The notes beneath the pieces are model-generated. The model saw only the letters and a program-made list of their open reading frames with translations. It searched no databases and was not told the DNA's origin. The translations under genes and the position numbers were made by a program. Shown here piece by piece: positions 23,699-39,400 of a DNA stretch of 64,000 nt. Within the stretch, counting starts at the first letter, position 1; each line of letters starts with the position of its first letter. Origin of the DNA: Chrysomallon squamiferum (lineage: Eukaryota; Animalia; Mollusca); NCBI GenBank assembly GCA_012295275.1, contig CM022674.1, positions 1,612,001-1,676,000 on the forward strand, written 5' to 3'.

Positions 23699-24757
23699 GG
23701 TATAGTATCACATGGTTTTACATATGGCAGTTACAGTAAAAATACTATATGTGTTGTTTAATAAACAATAATATTTGTTCTGTGGGTGGAAATTATGACT
23801 TGGTAATTGATGTTTAATGGAATATAATAATACTACTTTCTCTGTGTATTTAATATATATATCATATATATATATATAATTGTTGCATGTAAATGTTTGA
23901 TTGGATTTAAAAGTTTTTTATTTATTTGGAATCTTTGTTTTTGGGTGTTGTATCTTTTTTTATTATTATTATTATCTGTTATGATTATTACTATTATTAT
24001 TATTTGTTATTTGTTATTATGATTATTATTATTATTATTATTATTATTTTAATAATAATACTGGTTTTTTAATCTGGTGTTATAAATTTTGTTTTTGATG
24101 TGTGGTTATAAGTAGTTTTATTTATTTCTTATTTCAAAACACTGGTATATTGTGAAAGTTTTAAATCAAAAATTTATTTTTATTTTTATTTGAGATTCTA
24201 ATATTTGATTTTCTTACTTTTCTACTTTAAATTAAAAAAATATATATATTTTTTATTTTTTTTTTTATTATTATTTATTTATTTTTATTTTTTATTGGTA
24301 ATGTTTGTTTAGATGGGTATTCATATATATATTTTTTTTCTCTCTCTCTCATTAGATTAACACTTTTCAACTTTCCAGCAAATGTGAAATGAGTAAAACT
24401 GTGTTTAAATTTAAAAAAAAAAAATAATAATAATTACCAAGAAGGCTGTATTTCAAAGTTGATAATATTGGGTTTTGAAAGTTTTAACAAGAACTGTATG
24501 TTTCAAAAACCAATAATATTGATTTTTAAATCAATACTTTATTTCTTTCTTTTTAAAAAAACTAATAAAGTGGGATTTTTTTTTTTGAGTTGATACAGCT
24601 TTCTAACAAGTAATATTGACTTTTTATTTTTTATGATTATTTTTATTTTTATTTTATTCTATATTTTAAATTTTTTTTTTATAATGAATACTATTTTTTT
24701 TTTTTTTATCGAAGTTCTTAACGTTAGTTGTTCAGGATTTAAAAAATTTGGAAAACG

Positions 24758-24793
<36 letters not shown>

Positions 24794-25303
24794 TTCTCAT
24801 CTTTTCTATTCCTTTAGATTCCACAAAAGGATTTTTTTTTTTTTTTTTTTTAATTTTTATAACTGTTAAGACTCTTGAGGGACATGTTGATAATAAATCA
24901 TGATCAACTTGCATCAACTGACATTCTTTTAGTTAAATTAAAAAAAATATATATATATTAAAAAAATAGTCTATTTATTTTCTTTTTTAAATTTTTTGGT
25001 GAATCTTCACCAGTTTGTCCATAGGGAATACTTCCATTAGATGGGATCATGCAAGATGGTTTGACAGCCCAAACTTAGGTAGGTTTAGGGAGAAAAAAAA
25101 AAGTTAAAGTAATGACTGCTGAAAATGATAAATGAGAAAATCATGTCTGAAGCAAAACAAACAGACTTGATGGTGTTTGTGTGAGAGAGGGATGGACAAA
25201 TGATTTATGACAGTAAAGAGAAAAAAAACCTTCAGAAGTATAATAATAAATGTTATATATATATATATATATATCTCTTTTTTTTAAAATTATTTTTATT
25301 ATT

Positions 25304-25339
<36 letters not shown>

Positions 25340-25750
25340 ATTATTATTATTGATTTATTATTATTATTGTTATTATTGTTATTATTATTATTATTTTTTT
25401 TTTTTTTATTATTATTATTTATTTTATTTTTTTTTTTTTTTTTTTATTTTATTTATTTTATTTTTTTTATTTTATTTTATTTTATTTTATTTTTTTTTTT
25501 TTTTATTTTTATTATTAACATTTTTTTTAAGTGTTATTATATTTACTCAGTAACTCTTTTTTTTTTTATCCTGGCAAGTAAATAAATTCCAGTGAAGATG
25601 TGGTTTAGTGTGATTAGTCCATTGAGCTTTTGAAGACTTTGATACGTGTGTTTTTCTATTTGAGAATATTATTCATGAAACATCATTTGAGTTATTCATC
25701 ACATACTGACACAATCAATATTGTTCTGGCCATAACATTCCTCAAGCAAG

Positions 25751-25794
25751 TACATACATACATACATACATACATACATACATACATACATACA

Positions 25795-25830
<36 letters not shown>

Positions 25831-26142
25831 TATATACATACATACATACATACATACACACATATATATATATATTCATACATACATACATACATACACA
25901 CATACATACATACATACATACACACACATATATATATACATATATTCATACATACATACATACATACATACATACACATATATATATACATATATTCATA
26001 CATACATACATACATACATACATACACATATATATATATATATACATATATATACATACATACATACATACATACATATGCATACATACATACATATATA
26101 TATACTCTGTCACTCTATATACATATGTGTATATATATAAGA

Positions 26143-26192
<50 letters not shown>
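25751..26192. repeat. (TACA)n/(TA)n/(CA)n compound microsatellite
   Basis: Direct reading. Confidence 0.95.
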
Positions 26193-26195
<3 letters not shown>

Positions 26196-26549
26196 TAAAT
26201 TCACCTCTGAAGTCAGTTGGCTATTGTGAAGGATTAAACTGGATTCCAGTCAAACTTTAGTATCGTCTCTCTGTCACAGCTGTCTTCTTGAGGACAAACG
26301 ATCCTCACACATCCATCATGCCTCAGGCAATTATTCTAAATTAGAACTAACTTTTCAATTAAATTAAAAAAAAAATTAAAAAAATAAAAATTTTAAATTT
26401 TTTTTGGAGGATGGAATTTTGTACTTAAGTCATTTTTGTCCATTTTGAAGAATTGAACCAGAGCACCAATACACTTACTACTTCAGTCAGTCTCTCTATA
26501 ACACTTCTTTTCTCTCTTAAGCATTTTTTGGTAGACTGTCTACTCACTC

Positions 26550-26581
<32 letters not shown>

Positions 26582-27120
26582 CTGAGAGAGTATAACACCA
26601 AGGAATGCAAAATGATTTGATTCCATCAGGGGAAATCTGTGTCCAGAATTAACTAGTTCCGCCACTTGAATGCAAAGTGTGGAATCGCGAATTCTAGTCG
26701 GTGATTGATCAATAGTTAATCAGAGAAATTGCGTTTTATATTTTTTTCTCTCCGTAACGAGGTGTCTAACAGATGAAAGGTTTGTGAGATATACACATTC
26801 TGTTTCTCACGTGTTGAAGATTTAGAACACGATGCTGTGAAGACGACGATGTTAGTAGTAGTTTGTTGTCATTGATTTGGTGATGATGTCGGTTCTCTCT
26901 CTCTTTTTCTTATTGCCGTGTTCGACTTGGTGGAATTTTTTATTTTGTTGCCTGACATCGGAAATTAATGTTTTGAAAAGTTATTAGTTTTGATATTGGT
27001 TGTGTGTGTGTGTGTGTGTGTGTGTGTTTTATAAATTATTACTTTTAATATGAATTGTTTATTAAATATCTATGTGTGTGGGTTTTTTTCTGTTTGTGTA
27101 TGTGTGCATATGGGTATTTA

Positions 27121-27166
<46 letters not shown>

Positions 27167-27482
27167 ATCTATATATATATAAATATTTGTGTGTGTGTGT
27201 TTTATCTATATATATATAAATATTTGTGTGTGTGTGTTTTATCTATATATATATTTTGTAAGTGTGTGTGTGTTTTATCTATATATATATAAATATTTGT
27301 GTGTGTGTGTGTGTGTTTTATCTATATATATATAAATATTTGTGTGTGTGGGTGTATGTGTATTTGTTTATTTTGTAAATGTTGTAAATTATTAGTTTTA
27401 ATATTGGTTGTTTCAATAATGTTTGTGTTTTATTTATGTGTATGTGTATATCAGTGTGTGTGTATGTATGTAATTATATATG

Positions 27483-27537
<55 letters not shown>

Positions 27538-28687
27538 GAGAGTCAGAGAGAGAGTCAGAGAGAGAGAGTGTGTGAATGTGTGTGTGTCTCTGTGTGTGCA
27601 CACACACTTGGTTCTTGGAATAAAAGGTAAAAGTTGTCTTCTTCCTTCCTTTTCAGCATTTAAAGAAAACTCTTCTCTCCAATGAGTCTTCATTCATTTT
27701 TATTAATGATTTCTTTTTGTTTTTTCTCTCTTTTTTTCTGGACATTTTTAAATAATTTTTTATAGCAGGAATGATCAAGCCTTTAGCTTTAATTATTGCT
27801 AAATCATCATCATTTGTTTAAGAAATTCATAAACATAAATTCTTCAAAACTATTTTGCAAAGTGTTACACAAAAAAGTTTTTCTCACAAGCAAATACTGG
27901 TAGCTGTATTTTCCCATTCTTGATTCAGTATGTCAAAAAAATGTTTCATCTTTTCAGATGGAATTACAAGGCTATTTCAGTTTACACACATGTAAGAGCT
28001 AATTAATTTTGATTATTATATATAAAACGAACACATTTCAAACAAAAGTCAATTTCTGTCTTTCAGATTGTTTGCTGTAGATGAAAACAAAGACATGAAA
28101 AGATTGAGTTAAATGTCAACATCAGCTAAGTGAGTAAATTAATATCTATTTTTATTTTGTGTGTGTATAAATATATTCTTATACAAGGGTTTTATATGTA
28201 TGTGTTATCATTTGTATTTATGTGTGTGTGTGTGTATATATTGTATAAATGTGTGTATTTAGATAACTACATATAATCATAAATACATAGTTATATACAT
28301 ACATACATACATACATACATACATAAATATATATATTGTGTGTGTTATTTTTTCTTTTATTTATTTTTATTATTATTATTTTTTTTTTATCTTTACTTAT
28401 TTATTTATTTTTTTTAAAATTCTTTCCTCTTATTAACTGCATACTCCAAGCAAAACCAAGTTTCATTTTTTTTTTTTTTTTTTTTTTTCTAATTCAATTT
28501 TTGTATTTACTGACGTGCGTAGCGGTACTGGAAATGAAATCCTTCCTCATCACTGATTTAATGATACCATTTGTTAACTCTGATTGGAAATTCTTCTCTT
28601 CTCTCTTCTCTCTCCCTCTCCCCCCACCAACCACCACCACCCTCGCTCCCCCATCACCCATCTCCCCTCCTCTACCCTCCTACCCTC

Positions 28688-28735
<48 letters not shown>

Positions 28736-29059
28736 CCTGCTTGGACATTTCTGACAAAAGGAGATGCAGGACAAGGAACTCATTGGACCTAATTACTTTG
28801 CAGGAACTCCATGCCTTCCTGCCTGGCTTGTTTACCATTTGTATAATTTAACCCTTTATGTGCTGAGTAACACGATCAGTTACACTCTGTATTGGATTAA
28901 TTCTGACTGCAGCCCCATATCAGTAGTAGACATAATTCAATAAGAGATTCATTAGAGACTGCAGCATTCTTGTGTGTGTGTGAGGGGGCGAACAAAAAAA
29001 CCCAGAAAATTTTGACTGATAATCATTTTGCAACCTTTAATTTTGTACCATATTTGTTT

Positions 29060-29812
29060 AAGATATAAATGTTACTTATTTTATATATAAAACTTTAAGA
29101 TAGAAATATTATTTATTTTGTTCAATTTCTAAGATACAAATATTACTTATTTTGTACCAAGCTCTAAGATACAAATATTACTTATTTAGTTCAATTTAAG
29201 ATACAAATATTACTTATTTTGTACCAAGCTCTAAGATACAAATATTACTTATTTTGTACCAAGTTCTAAGATACAAATAGTACTTATTTTGTACCAATTT
29301 AAGATAGAAATATTACTTTTTATGTACCTATTTATGATACAAATACTACTTCTTTTATATTAAGCTTTAAGATACAAATATTACTTATTTTGTATCAGCT
29401 TTAAGATACAAAAAATCTTATTTTATATCAAACTTAAAGATACAAATATTACTTATTTTGTACCTAGCTTTAAGATACAAATATTACTTATTTTATATCA
29501 ACCTTAAAGATACAAATATTACTTATTTTGTACCTAGCTTTAAGATACAAATATTACTTATTTTGTACCTAGCTTTAAGATACAAATATTACTTATTTTG
29601 TATCAGCTTTAAGATACAAATATTACTTATTTTATATCAAACTTAAAGATACAAATATTATTTATTTTGTACCTAGCTTTAAGATACAAATATTATTTAT
29701 TTTGTACAATTTCAGAAACAAATACTAAAATAATTATTTTGTACCTAACTTTAAGATACAAATATAACTTATTTTGTATCAAGCTTTAAGATACAAATAT
29801 TACTTATTTTAT
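29060..29812. repeat. ~35-bp minisatellite (TTAAGATACAAATATTACTTATTTTGTACC(A/T)AGCT), ~20 copies
   Basis: Direct reading. Confidence 0.93.
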
Positions 29813-30210
29813 ACCAAAAGGAACAAATTTTACTTATTTCATACCAAAAGGAACCAATTTTACTTACTTCATACCAAAAGAACCAATTTTACTTACTTCA
29901 TACCAAAAGGAACCAATTTTACTTACTTCATACCAAAAGGAACCAATTTTACTTATTTTATACCAAAAGGAACCAATTTTACTTATTTCATACCAAAAGG
30001 AACCAATTTTACTTATTTTATACCAAAAGGAACCAATTTTACTTATTTTATAACAAAAGGAACCAATTTTACTTATTTTATACCAAAAGGAACCAATTTT
30101 ACTTATTTTATAACAAAAGGAACCAATTTTACTTATTTCATACCAAAAGGAACACATTTTACTCATTTTATACCAAAAGAAACAAAAATTACTTACTTTG
30201 CACCAAACAT
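29810..30210. repeat. 30-bp minisatellite (ATACCAAAAGGAACCAATTTTACTTATTT(T/C)), ~13 copies
   Basis: Direct reading. Gives the IPKGTNFTYF repeat in ORF 29774..30292. Confidence 0.95.
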
Positions 30211-30552
30211 TAAGTTAACAAATACTACTTATTTTGTACAAAACTTTAGGAAACAAATATTACTTAATGCTGTACAAAGACTCCCTTCTTAACCGGTTTC
30301 AAAGTGTTTACGTTTTCACTGACATTTCACTCACTATCTTGATTCAAAATCACTCAGCAGTTTGACGCATTTGAAGACCTCAGTGACTTCCCTCTGACAC
30401 ACTGAGGAAGTTATCTTTAATGGGTACCATACAAAAGTCTTGAAATTCCGCCTCTGGCAGTTGCTGACATTTCCCTGAAGAACAAATGTCTTTTAGTGTG
30501 AAATTCTTGGAGAACAGAAAGCGAAAGATTCTGTTCTTTAGTTATATAAATA

Positions 30553-30588
<36 letters not shown>

Positions 30589-30722
30589 TTATTATTTGAT
30601 TTATTGATTTATTAAATTTTATTTATTTATTTATTTATTTTAGTTAGTTAGTTAGTTAGTTATTTAATATTTATTTATTGATTGATTTATTATTATTATG
30701 CTTATAATTATAATTATTATTA

Positions 30723-30757
<35 letters not shown>

Positions 30758-32197
30758 ATTATTATTATTATTATTCTTTGTCTTATTTCATTATTTTTTT
30801 AATATTATTATTATTTATTGATTTATTGTTTTTTATTATTATTTTTTTGTTGTTTTTTTTTTTTTAATTAAATATGATAATTGATTGTTAAAGGGGTAAA
30901 TATAAATTTTTAAATAATAATAAATAAATAAAGCAAATTAAAAGTAATTTTTTCTTCTGTTTACTGAAAGAATAATAATGTTTAATAAAGAATAACGTTT
31001 ATTTAATAATGAGTTGTGACGTGAAATTGTTAAAGAGTGTTAATTTAACTTTTAGTAAATTTATCTCATATTTATTAAATCAAAAAAAATTAATAATCAA
31101 ATGTAAAAAGACACTGGATTTGTACAAATTTAGACATGCCAATCCATCTGTCAGTTTGTTCATCCATCCTCCATTTAAATCTGTGAGTTACAGCTCACAT
31201 TAATAATTTGATTAAACGAAACTTTTTTTTTTTTTTTTTTTTTTTTTCCTTCATTTTTTGATGTATCTAATAGAAAATTGATGAACTGGTAATAATCCTT
31301 AATATTCAATAAAAATTTGATTAATACTCATTCATCCTTTTATCCATCCTTTTTTCCATTCATTTGTCCACTTGAACATTTATCTGTCAATTCATTCTCT
31401 CAACCATTCTTCCTTCATCCAACCAACCAACCATCCATCCATTAATCCATCCATCCATCCATGTATCTATCATTGCATTCATCTATTCATCTATCCATCC
31501 ATGTATCTATCCTTCCATCCGTCTATCTGTGCATCCATCCTTCCATCTATCGGTTGATCATTAAAGCCATTTCAGTGTTGATCTAAAAAATCAAAGTCAG
31601 TTTACACAGTCCCATTAAGCCTTCGCAAGCGCAATATTTATTTCCATTTCATACAGAAAATCATTGGCGTATTTGAACACCCATTGACAACTCGGATTTC
31701 GACAACCTCCCAGTGCTTTTGTTTTCGCGATAAGGAAGTGATTCATGTGTCACATGACTGGAAGAGCTTTGGCAAAATTAGCAGGAGCCATTAACAGATT
31801 AATAATAAGTTCTGCGACTCGCAGATTAATATTTTTTCCGAAATCGTTGCTAGATGTCACTTTGATTATGTCACAATCGTTCATCATCCTGTTTTTTTGT
31901 CACTTTTCATCTCAGATTATTGCTTTTCCTGGACGAGAGAGATGGGTGTCAGTAATTAGGTGGTAGGGGGGTGGGGTGAAGGGTAGAGGGTAGGGGGTCT
32001 GCAGTTCTCCTGGGTAGTAAAGTTGAAGAATTGTAGTAACGTAAAGGTCAGTGGTTAGAGCTGTTTTGTGTTTGGAAAAGTGAATCACACAGATGTGTTG
32101 CTGTTAAAAAGGAAAAGAAAAAATCTGAAGGAAAAAGTATATGTCCTAATTTTCTTTGTTTTTCTTTCCTCTATTTTATTTTTTTCTCTGTCTTTGA

Positions 32198-32262
<65 letters not shown>

Positions 32263-32293
32263 ATCTCACTGACTCTATCCCTCCATCTCTCTC

Positions 32294-32330
<37 letters not shown>

Positions 32331-32723
32331 GTCTCACTGACTCTATCCCTCCCTCCCTCCGTCTATCTCTCTCTCTCTCTCCCTCTCTATCTCTCTGTCT
32401 CTCTCTCTCTCCGTCCCTCTTTTCAAGACCATCTTTCTGCACTAACCACAAAAATCGTGTTACAAATCCACAGCTTTAAACGTTTAAAAAAAGAGACAAA
32501 ACTGTAAATCTCATTTGCTTTTAACAACTTAACACTCTTGTCACGAGCAGTCGCTGCCTCTTATTGGATCCATAATCCAGATATTCAGTTGTGTCCCCTG
32601 TGTGAGTTCTTTGATGTTCGGAGATAATAAAACATTTTATATGTTCATAAAATCACAAGCTAATAGTTGTGTCTGAAAAACATCTTGGTAAATTGTACTT
32701 TACGACTTTTTTTTTTTCTTTTT

Positions 32724-32769
<46 letters not shown>

Positions 32770-33679
32770 GTAGTATAGAATTTATGAAAATAAACAGTTT
32801 TAAAAAATATATATATGTAAGATTTTTAAAAAAAAAGAATTAAAGAAAAAAAAGAAAGACAACTGAAATTGAAATAAAATTAATGAATAAAAAAATTATG
32901 TATTAAAAATTTAACTAAGTATCTAACTAAATAAGTAACAAATAAATAAATAAATATTTTTAAAAAAATCTTTAAAAAAAATTAAAACAAAAATTTAAAA
33001 CAAAAATCAATAACAAAATCGTTTATACATTTTAACAAATTTACTTGTGACTTTCAAATTCAACAAACAGATTTATTTCCCATTTTCTTTTTTTTTTTAA
33101 TTTTTTTTTTTTTATTTATATTATAAATTGATAGAGAAACAGATACATAGAAACACTTTTTTTTTTTTTTTTTTTTTAAATAATCTGCTGTTAGAAATGA
33201 ATTATTATATGAATCACAGGATCCATTGTTTGTTCTACAGAGACTTGGGTTAAACAAATTGATAACAGTTGTGTGGATAATGTTACGGTTTACACATTCA
33301 TTTTCTCACTGGGGCAATCTCCTTCATCGATTTTATAACTTGTAAATATCTGCTGTTTTAACATGGATCCTAAAAATGTCAGTAGCATTTCGTTGGTAAA
33401 TAGTGGATTTGTTTTATTTTTAATTAAAATGATAATAATAATAATAATAATAATGATGATGATGATAATGAAAATGAAAATGAATATTTGTTTGTTATTA
33501 TTATCATTATTGTTATTTGTTACTGTTGTTGTTCTTCTTGTTGTTGTTCTTTTTATTATCTTTCTTTCTTTCTTTCTTTCTTTTTTTTAAAATAAAATAT
33601 TGACTAAATATGCAGAATAGTCTTAGTCATTCTTTGCCATTCATGTTAAATATAATCAACAGTATCAAAGACAGACACA

Positions 33680-34013
<334 letters not shown>

Positions 34014-35528
34014 TTAACACAGACAGAATATTGAACTAATATTTAGCAGTGTGTGTCAGAAGACGACTGTGTAATTTCTCACAGTATTCTCGTCCAGCTT
34101 TCTGCAGTTGAAATTAACTCAGCATCATAAATCTGTTGTGTCCATAGAGTCCGGAACTTCATTAATTGTAACTAGCTGTGTAGACAGTGTTATGTTATGT
34201 ACTTTATTTTTATGATGAGGACCAGTTCCATTTATATTGCATGCTGGTAACATATTGGCAATTTCTTCTTCAAATATATTGATTTCATTTCCTTTTTATT
34301 TCCTTTTTTTTAATTATTTTTTTATTCATTCACTTTTCTCTTCTTTTTTCTTCTTCTTTTTTTTCTTTCTAATTTTTTTTTTATGTGTTACAGTATGAAC
34401 AGAATGATGGTGTTATACAAAAAGAAATAATTACAATAAAAAAAAAATTTAAATTAAAATTAGACGAAAGTAAAAGAAGGAACAAAAAAAAGAAAAAAAG
34501 TAAGATGAATGGATTTTAAATTATCACTTTAATAAATTGACTGACTGAAAAAAACAAAAAATAATGTATAAAATATATACTTTTTATTTTTATTTTTTTA
34601 TTCCTTTGATATTGGGAAGAGTTAATTTTCAAGCCTTTTTTTCGATGATTACGATGAACTTTGGAGAGCTGACTTCGTGTACAAGAGTCTTTGTTAGTCT
34701 CCCGAACCATGGGAGAAGCAGAAATAAGTGAAAATAGATGATCAGGCAAGAACCAGATCTGTTGTCGAATTGAATTACAGCTGTCGAATTCTGAATATCA
34801 AACACGAAGGTCGAACCGAGGTGCGTAACGAACAAACAAAATTTGCGCTCATTTGAGTCTGCATTTGGAATAATAGCACAAACATTCGTCTTTCCTTGAT
34901 GCTGGACATGATTGAGGGTAATTGAGTTTTTCTGTGAGTTCTTGAGTTTCGGCTCAATTTTTGACGCAATGGTAGGGTTTTAATAGTATCGGATCTTTGA
35001 AAGAAAAAAAAAACGCAGACAAAAGAATCAAAAGATTATTTTTCCTGTTCGTAAAAAAACATTCACAGTTGAATGATTGTTTGTTTTGTTTTTTTTTTTT
35101 CTTTTTCGTCAATCAAACTGTCGAAAGATTTTTTATTTATTTTTTTATTTTTTATTTTTTATTGTTTTTTTTTTATGAAATCAACGAATTGTGTGACTCT
35201 TTTTCCTTTTCTTTGTCAAAGTATCATAAAAAAAAAATCCATGTTTGATTTCACTGGTAAACAAAGCCTGTTGGATTCATTGTTCAGCCGAAAGACTGCT
35301 AATCGAGGAAGTGCATTCATGGATTATTGCTGTTTTTGATGGATTAGTTTGAAGTGCTTGGATCAGTGGCTAAAAGGATCAAGGCTTGTTGTTGTGCAGC
35401 TTTCATTAACCCTCTTCATGTACGATGAAGTTTTATTTTGAAATTTATCAAGATTTTTTTATTTTCTTTATTTTTTTTTATCTCCATAGACTTGTTTGGG
35501 TTTTAGTAATATGGATGTGATATAGATT

Positions 35529-35580
<52 letters not shown>

Positions 35581-35847
35581 TTAGTAATAATAATAGTAAT
35601 AATAAAATAATAACTACAATACAATAATAATAATAATAACAATAATAACAATAAACAAATTTGAGAAAGATGAATTGTTTTGATATTTGTTTTAAGATGG
35701 ATGCTTTTTCATTATAGCATACTACAAGAAAAATAATGATTAAGAATAAATAAATAAATAAATAAAATTCCATAACCATCAGTTTATTAGAGTTCTGTAT
35801 TAAATTAAAAATAATTATGATGTTATTAAGAGGGTTATATTTTAAGA

Positions 35848-35883
<36 letters not shown>

Positions 35884-36944
35884 CTTATTATTATTATTAT
35901 CATCATCACTATTATTATTATTTATTTATTTATTTTTTATTATTATTATTTTTTAAACTAACTATATAAATGAATATTATAAATTAATAATAAAACTTTA
36001 CTTTTTTTTATTTTATTTTTATTTTTTTATTTTTATTTTTTTATTTTTGTTAATCAGCATGTCTGTAACTGTTAAAGTGTTTAACTTTTTAACACTTATT
36101 AATATACTATTTAGTTACAATACGTAACACAGTAACTAATTTTATATATATCACACAGTAATATCAGTGATATACTGCATGTAACTTAATAACACTTAGT
36201 AAAATTAACTGTTTTAAAACACTAAATATTAGTATTTTAGTGTCATTTAATAACACATCCTAACAATTTGTTACTTAGTGGCTGTTACATTGTAACAATG
36301 TAACCAATATTTGTAATAATCTGCAACTTAGGAATTATCTTTCATTTAATAATATTTTTGGTAATCATAATGTTTTATTTTGAAATGTATGTAAAATGAA
36401 AATATACATGCTAATGCACATACATACATGCATACACACACACAAAGATGTAGATATTTAATCTTGTAATTATTCAAAATGTATTCATATTATTTGACCA
36501 ATTTCTGAATTATTTTTCATAAAGAAACATTATCAAATGTAAGAGAATTTATCAAAAATTTGGTAATCCTGTAATTTGATATATACACCAGTTCAGGGAA
36601 TTCTGGGAAATGTATCTAAGTGACCAGTCATATTTGATTGGCTGGGATGTGCAATTAGAGTTGATCCCCTTGGCAAGAAGGCATGAATAATTATGGTAAT
36701 AGGCGAAGATAATTTGAATTAATACCGCTATTAAATGGTTGAGTGAGAGATGTTTGTATAATTTGTCTATTAATGTTATTGGTGGGAGATACAAGAGTTA
36801 TTTGATGTGTGTATTTCTGTCTCAGAATTCAGAGGAAATTCAAACAGAATGAGACAGATTTAGGAATGTGTTGCAAAAATGATATAGAAGAAGGAAATAA
36901 AATAAACTGGAAAGAATCGATATTAATAAATTAATAGCATGAAG

Positions 36945-37598
36945 AGCAGTTGTAGTAGTAGTAGTAGATGTTGTTGTTGTAGTAGTAGCAGTAGCAGTAG
37001 TAATCATTATGGTTGTGGTAGTAGCTGTAATAGTAGTAGTAGATGTAGTAGTTGTTGTTGTTGTAGCCTTAGTAGTAGTAGTAATCATTGTAGTTGTCAT
37101 AGTAGCAGTAGTAGTAACAGTAGTAGTAGACATATTGGTAGTTGTAGCAGAAGCAGTGGAAATGGTGGTAGATACAGTATTAATGATTGCAGTAATAGTG
37201 TTATAAGATGTATCAGTAGTATATTATATTACAATAATAATAACAGTAATAGTTCAATAGTAATAATAATAAAAGTACTAGTAGTATAAGCAGCAGAGAT
37301 AGTAGGAACAGTAGTACTAGTAGCAATCACAGGAATAATAATAATAATATTAACAATAGCAGTAATGTTTTTTGTAGCCATAGTGATAGTAGTAGTATAT
37401 GTTGTAGTTGTTGTAGTGGTAGGAGTAGTATATGTTGTAATATTTGTATTATTGGTGGTAGCAATAGTAGTAGTTGTTATAACAGTAGTAGCAGTAACAG
37501 TATTTATTTGTAGTAGTAGTAATAGTAGTAAAAGTAATTGTAACTTTAATAGTAAGTAGTAATAGTAGAATAGTAGTAGTAGTAGCAGCAATAATTGC

Positions 37599-37632
<34 letters not shown>

Positions 37633-37935
37633 ATAATAATAATAATAGTTGTACTATAGCAGTGACAGTAGCAAGAACAGTAGTAGTAATAGTAGTAGTA
37701 GTTGAAATAGCATTAGCAATAATAATTAAACAGTGATAGTAGTTGTAATAGTACTTGTATATAATTATATTTACAGACATAATTGTTGCCATAGTAGTGG
37801 AGTTGATGGTAGTAGTAGCAGTAATAGTAGTAGTATTAGCAGTAATGATAGTATTATTATTATTAAATGAGTAGTAGTAGTAGTAATGATAGTATTAGTA
37901 GTAGTTGTAGTAGCAGTAGTAGTAGTAGAAGCAAA
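36945..37935. repeat. ~1-kb degenerate (GTA/TAG/GTT)n trinucleotide microsatellite
   Basis: Direct reading. Source of the poly-Thr/Val/Ser ORFs. Confidence 0.9.
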
Positions 37936-38384
37936 AGCAGCAGAAGAGCTAAGCAATAAATCAGTTATGTTTGTATTACTAACAAAATACTGCTAACTGC
38001 AGAGTTAATTAGCCTATTTCCTATCTAACCCGACATTCACAAACGCTGTAAAAACACAGATACTGCTCTAGCTTCGGGGGACTTGGATCTTCCTTCACAT
38101 TAACTATTTGAGATTCACATCTGAGGTATTTAATTGTTAGGGTTTCGCTAAAGAGTCGTTTTCTCCCATCTTGTATAAATGGCATCGTTCACCCTAAGTG
38201 TTGTTAGACTGGGACATTGCTGTGAAGCTGAGAGAGAGAGAGAAAAAGAAAAGCCTGCAGGGATTATGCTTGGATTCTGTGAAGTATATTTTGGTGATTA
38301 CTGATTTCATTGGAGAAAGTGTCTGTGTGTGTGTGTGTGTGTGTGTTGTGTTGTGTTAAAACATTATTCCGAGAGGTCTAATGT

Positions 38385-38578
38385 TTTCAGTGAGTTGTTA
38401 CTGTTGTGTCATGGATTTGTGGTGTTTTTTTGTGTTTTTTTTTTTCTTCTGAAGTTTGTAAGTAATTCAAAAGATGTGTGTTTTGGTATTTGAATTTTTT
38501 TTTTTTTTTTTGTTGGTTTGTTGGAAATGATGTTGTTAGAATGATTATCTTTGTTATGACAGAAGAACTGATTTCTCT

Positions 38579-38634
<56 letters not shown>

Positions 38635-39400
38635 ACATTCTGAGAGCTGTCAAATCAAAGTCAAATTGTTTAGTAGTTGGCATTGTTGTGTTGCAGACTT
38701 TTTTAAGATTTGTCAGTAGTTCAGAAGATGTATGAGTTGGTATGGTGTCAGTTATTTTTTATTTTATTTTTTTTTCAGTTTGTTATAAACTGTAAGGATG
38801 TTACTAGAATTTAACAAAGTGTATTGTAGTCTGTAATGATAGAGGTACTCATTCTGTGGGAGAATTTGTGTAAAAAACAGTGAGTTGGTACTGTGTCATG
38901 GATTTTTATAGTTTGTTAGAAAATATAAGGATGCCACTAGAATTTTTTGAAGTGTATGTTTGACTTCTATGATAGAGGTACTGATTTTAGTGGAGAATTT
39001 GTTGTAAAACAGTAATTTGCAAGCTGTAATATATTCAGTGAGTTCATATAATGTTTTTTTTTTTTTTTTTTTTTTTTAAAGTTTGTTAGAAAAGTATAAT
39101 GATTATGCTAGAATTTGTTTTACAAAATTTATCTTTGTTTTGACAGTAGGAATAATTTTTCTGGGCTGTGTAAAATATTCTGAGAGCTATCACAGTCAAG
39201 TCTAACATTCAGTAGTTGATATTGTTATGTTGTGGATTTTTGTAAAGTTTTGTAAGTAATTCAAAAGATGTGTGAGTTGGTACTGTATTTTTTAGTTTGT
39301 TAGAAAATGTTAGGATATTTTACAAAGTGTATTTTTTGTTGTTGTTGTGATGGTAGACACACTGATTTCGTTGGAATGTTTCTGTGTATGTAAGTCAGTA
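38385..39400. repeat. Degenerate direct repeats with higher-order structure
   Basis: GTGAGTTGGTACTGT..TTTTAGTTTGTTAGAAAAT.TAAGGATG..CTAGAATTT recurs at ~38390, 38733, 38880, 39038 and 39272. ATTCTGAGAGCT.TCA.A.TCAAGTC..AGTAGTTG recurs at 38637 and 39177. Confidence 0.7.

Noticed and set aside
29774-30292. 172-aa ORF with IPKGTNFTYF repeats as a repeat protein
   Set aside because: The ORF is a by-product of a stop-free 30-bp satellite. It has a non-ATG start and no supporting exon structure.
34516-34969. Overlapping minus-strand ORFs in a CpG-containing island
   Set aside because: They are short, with stops in all frames and no recognisable motifs. The segment is more likely non-coding regulatory sequence.
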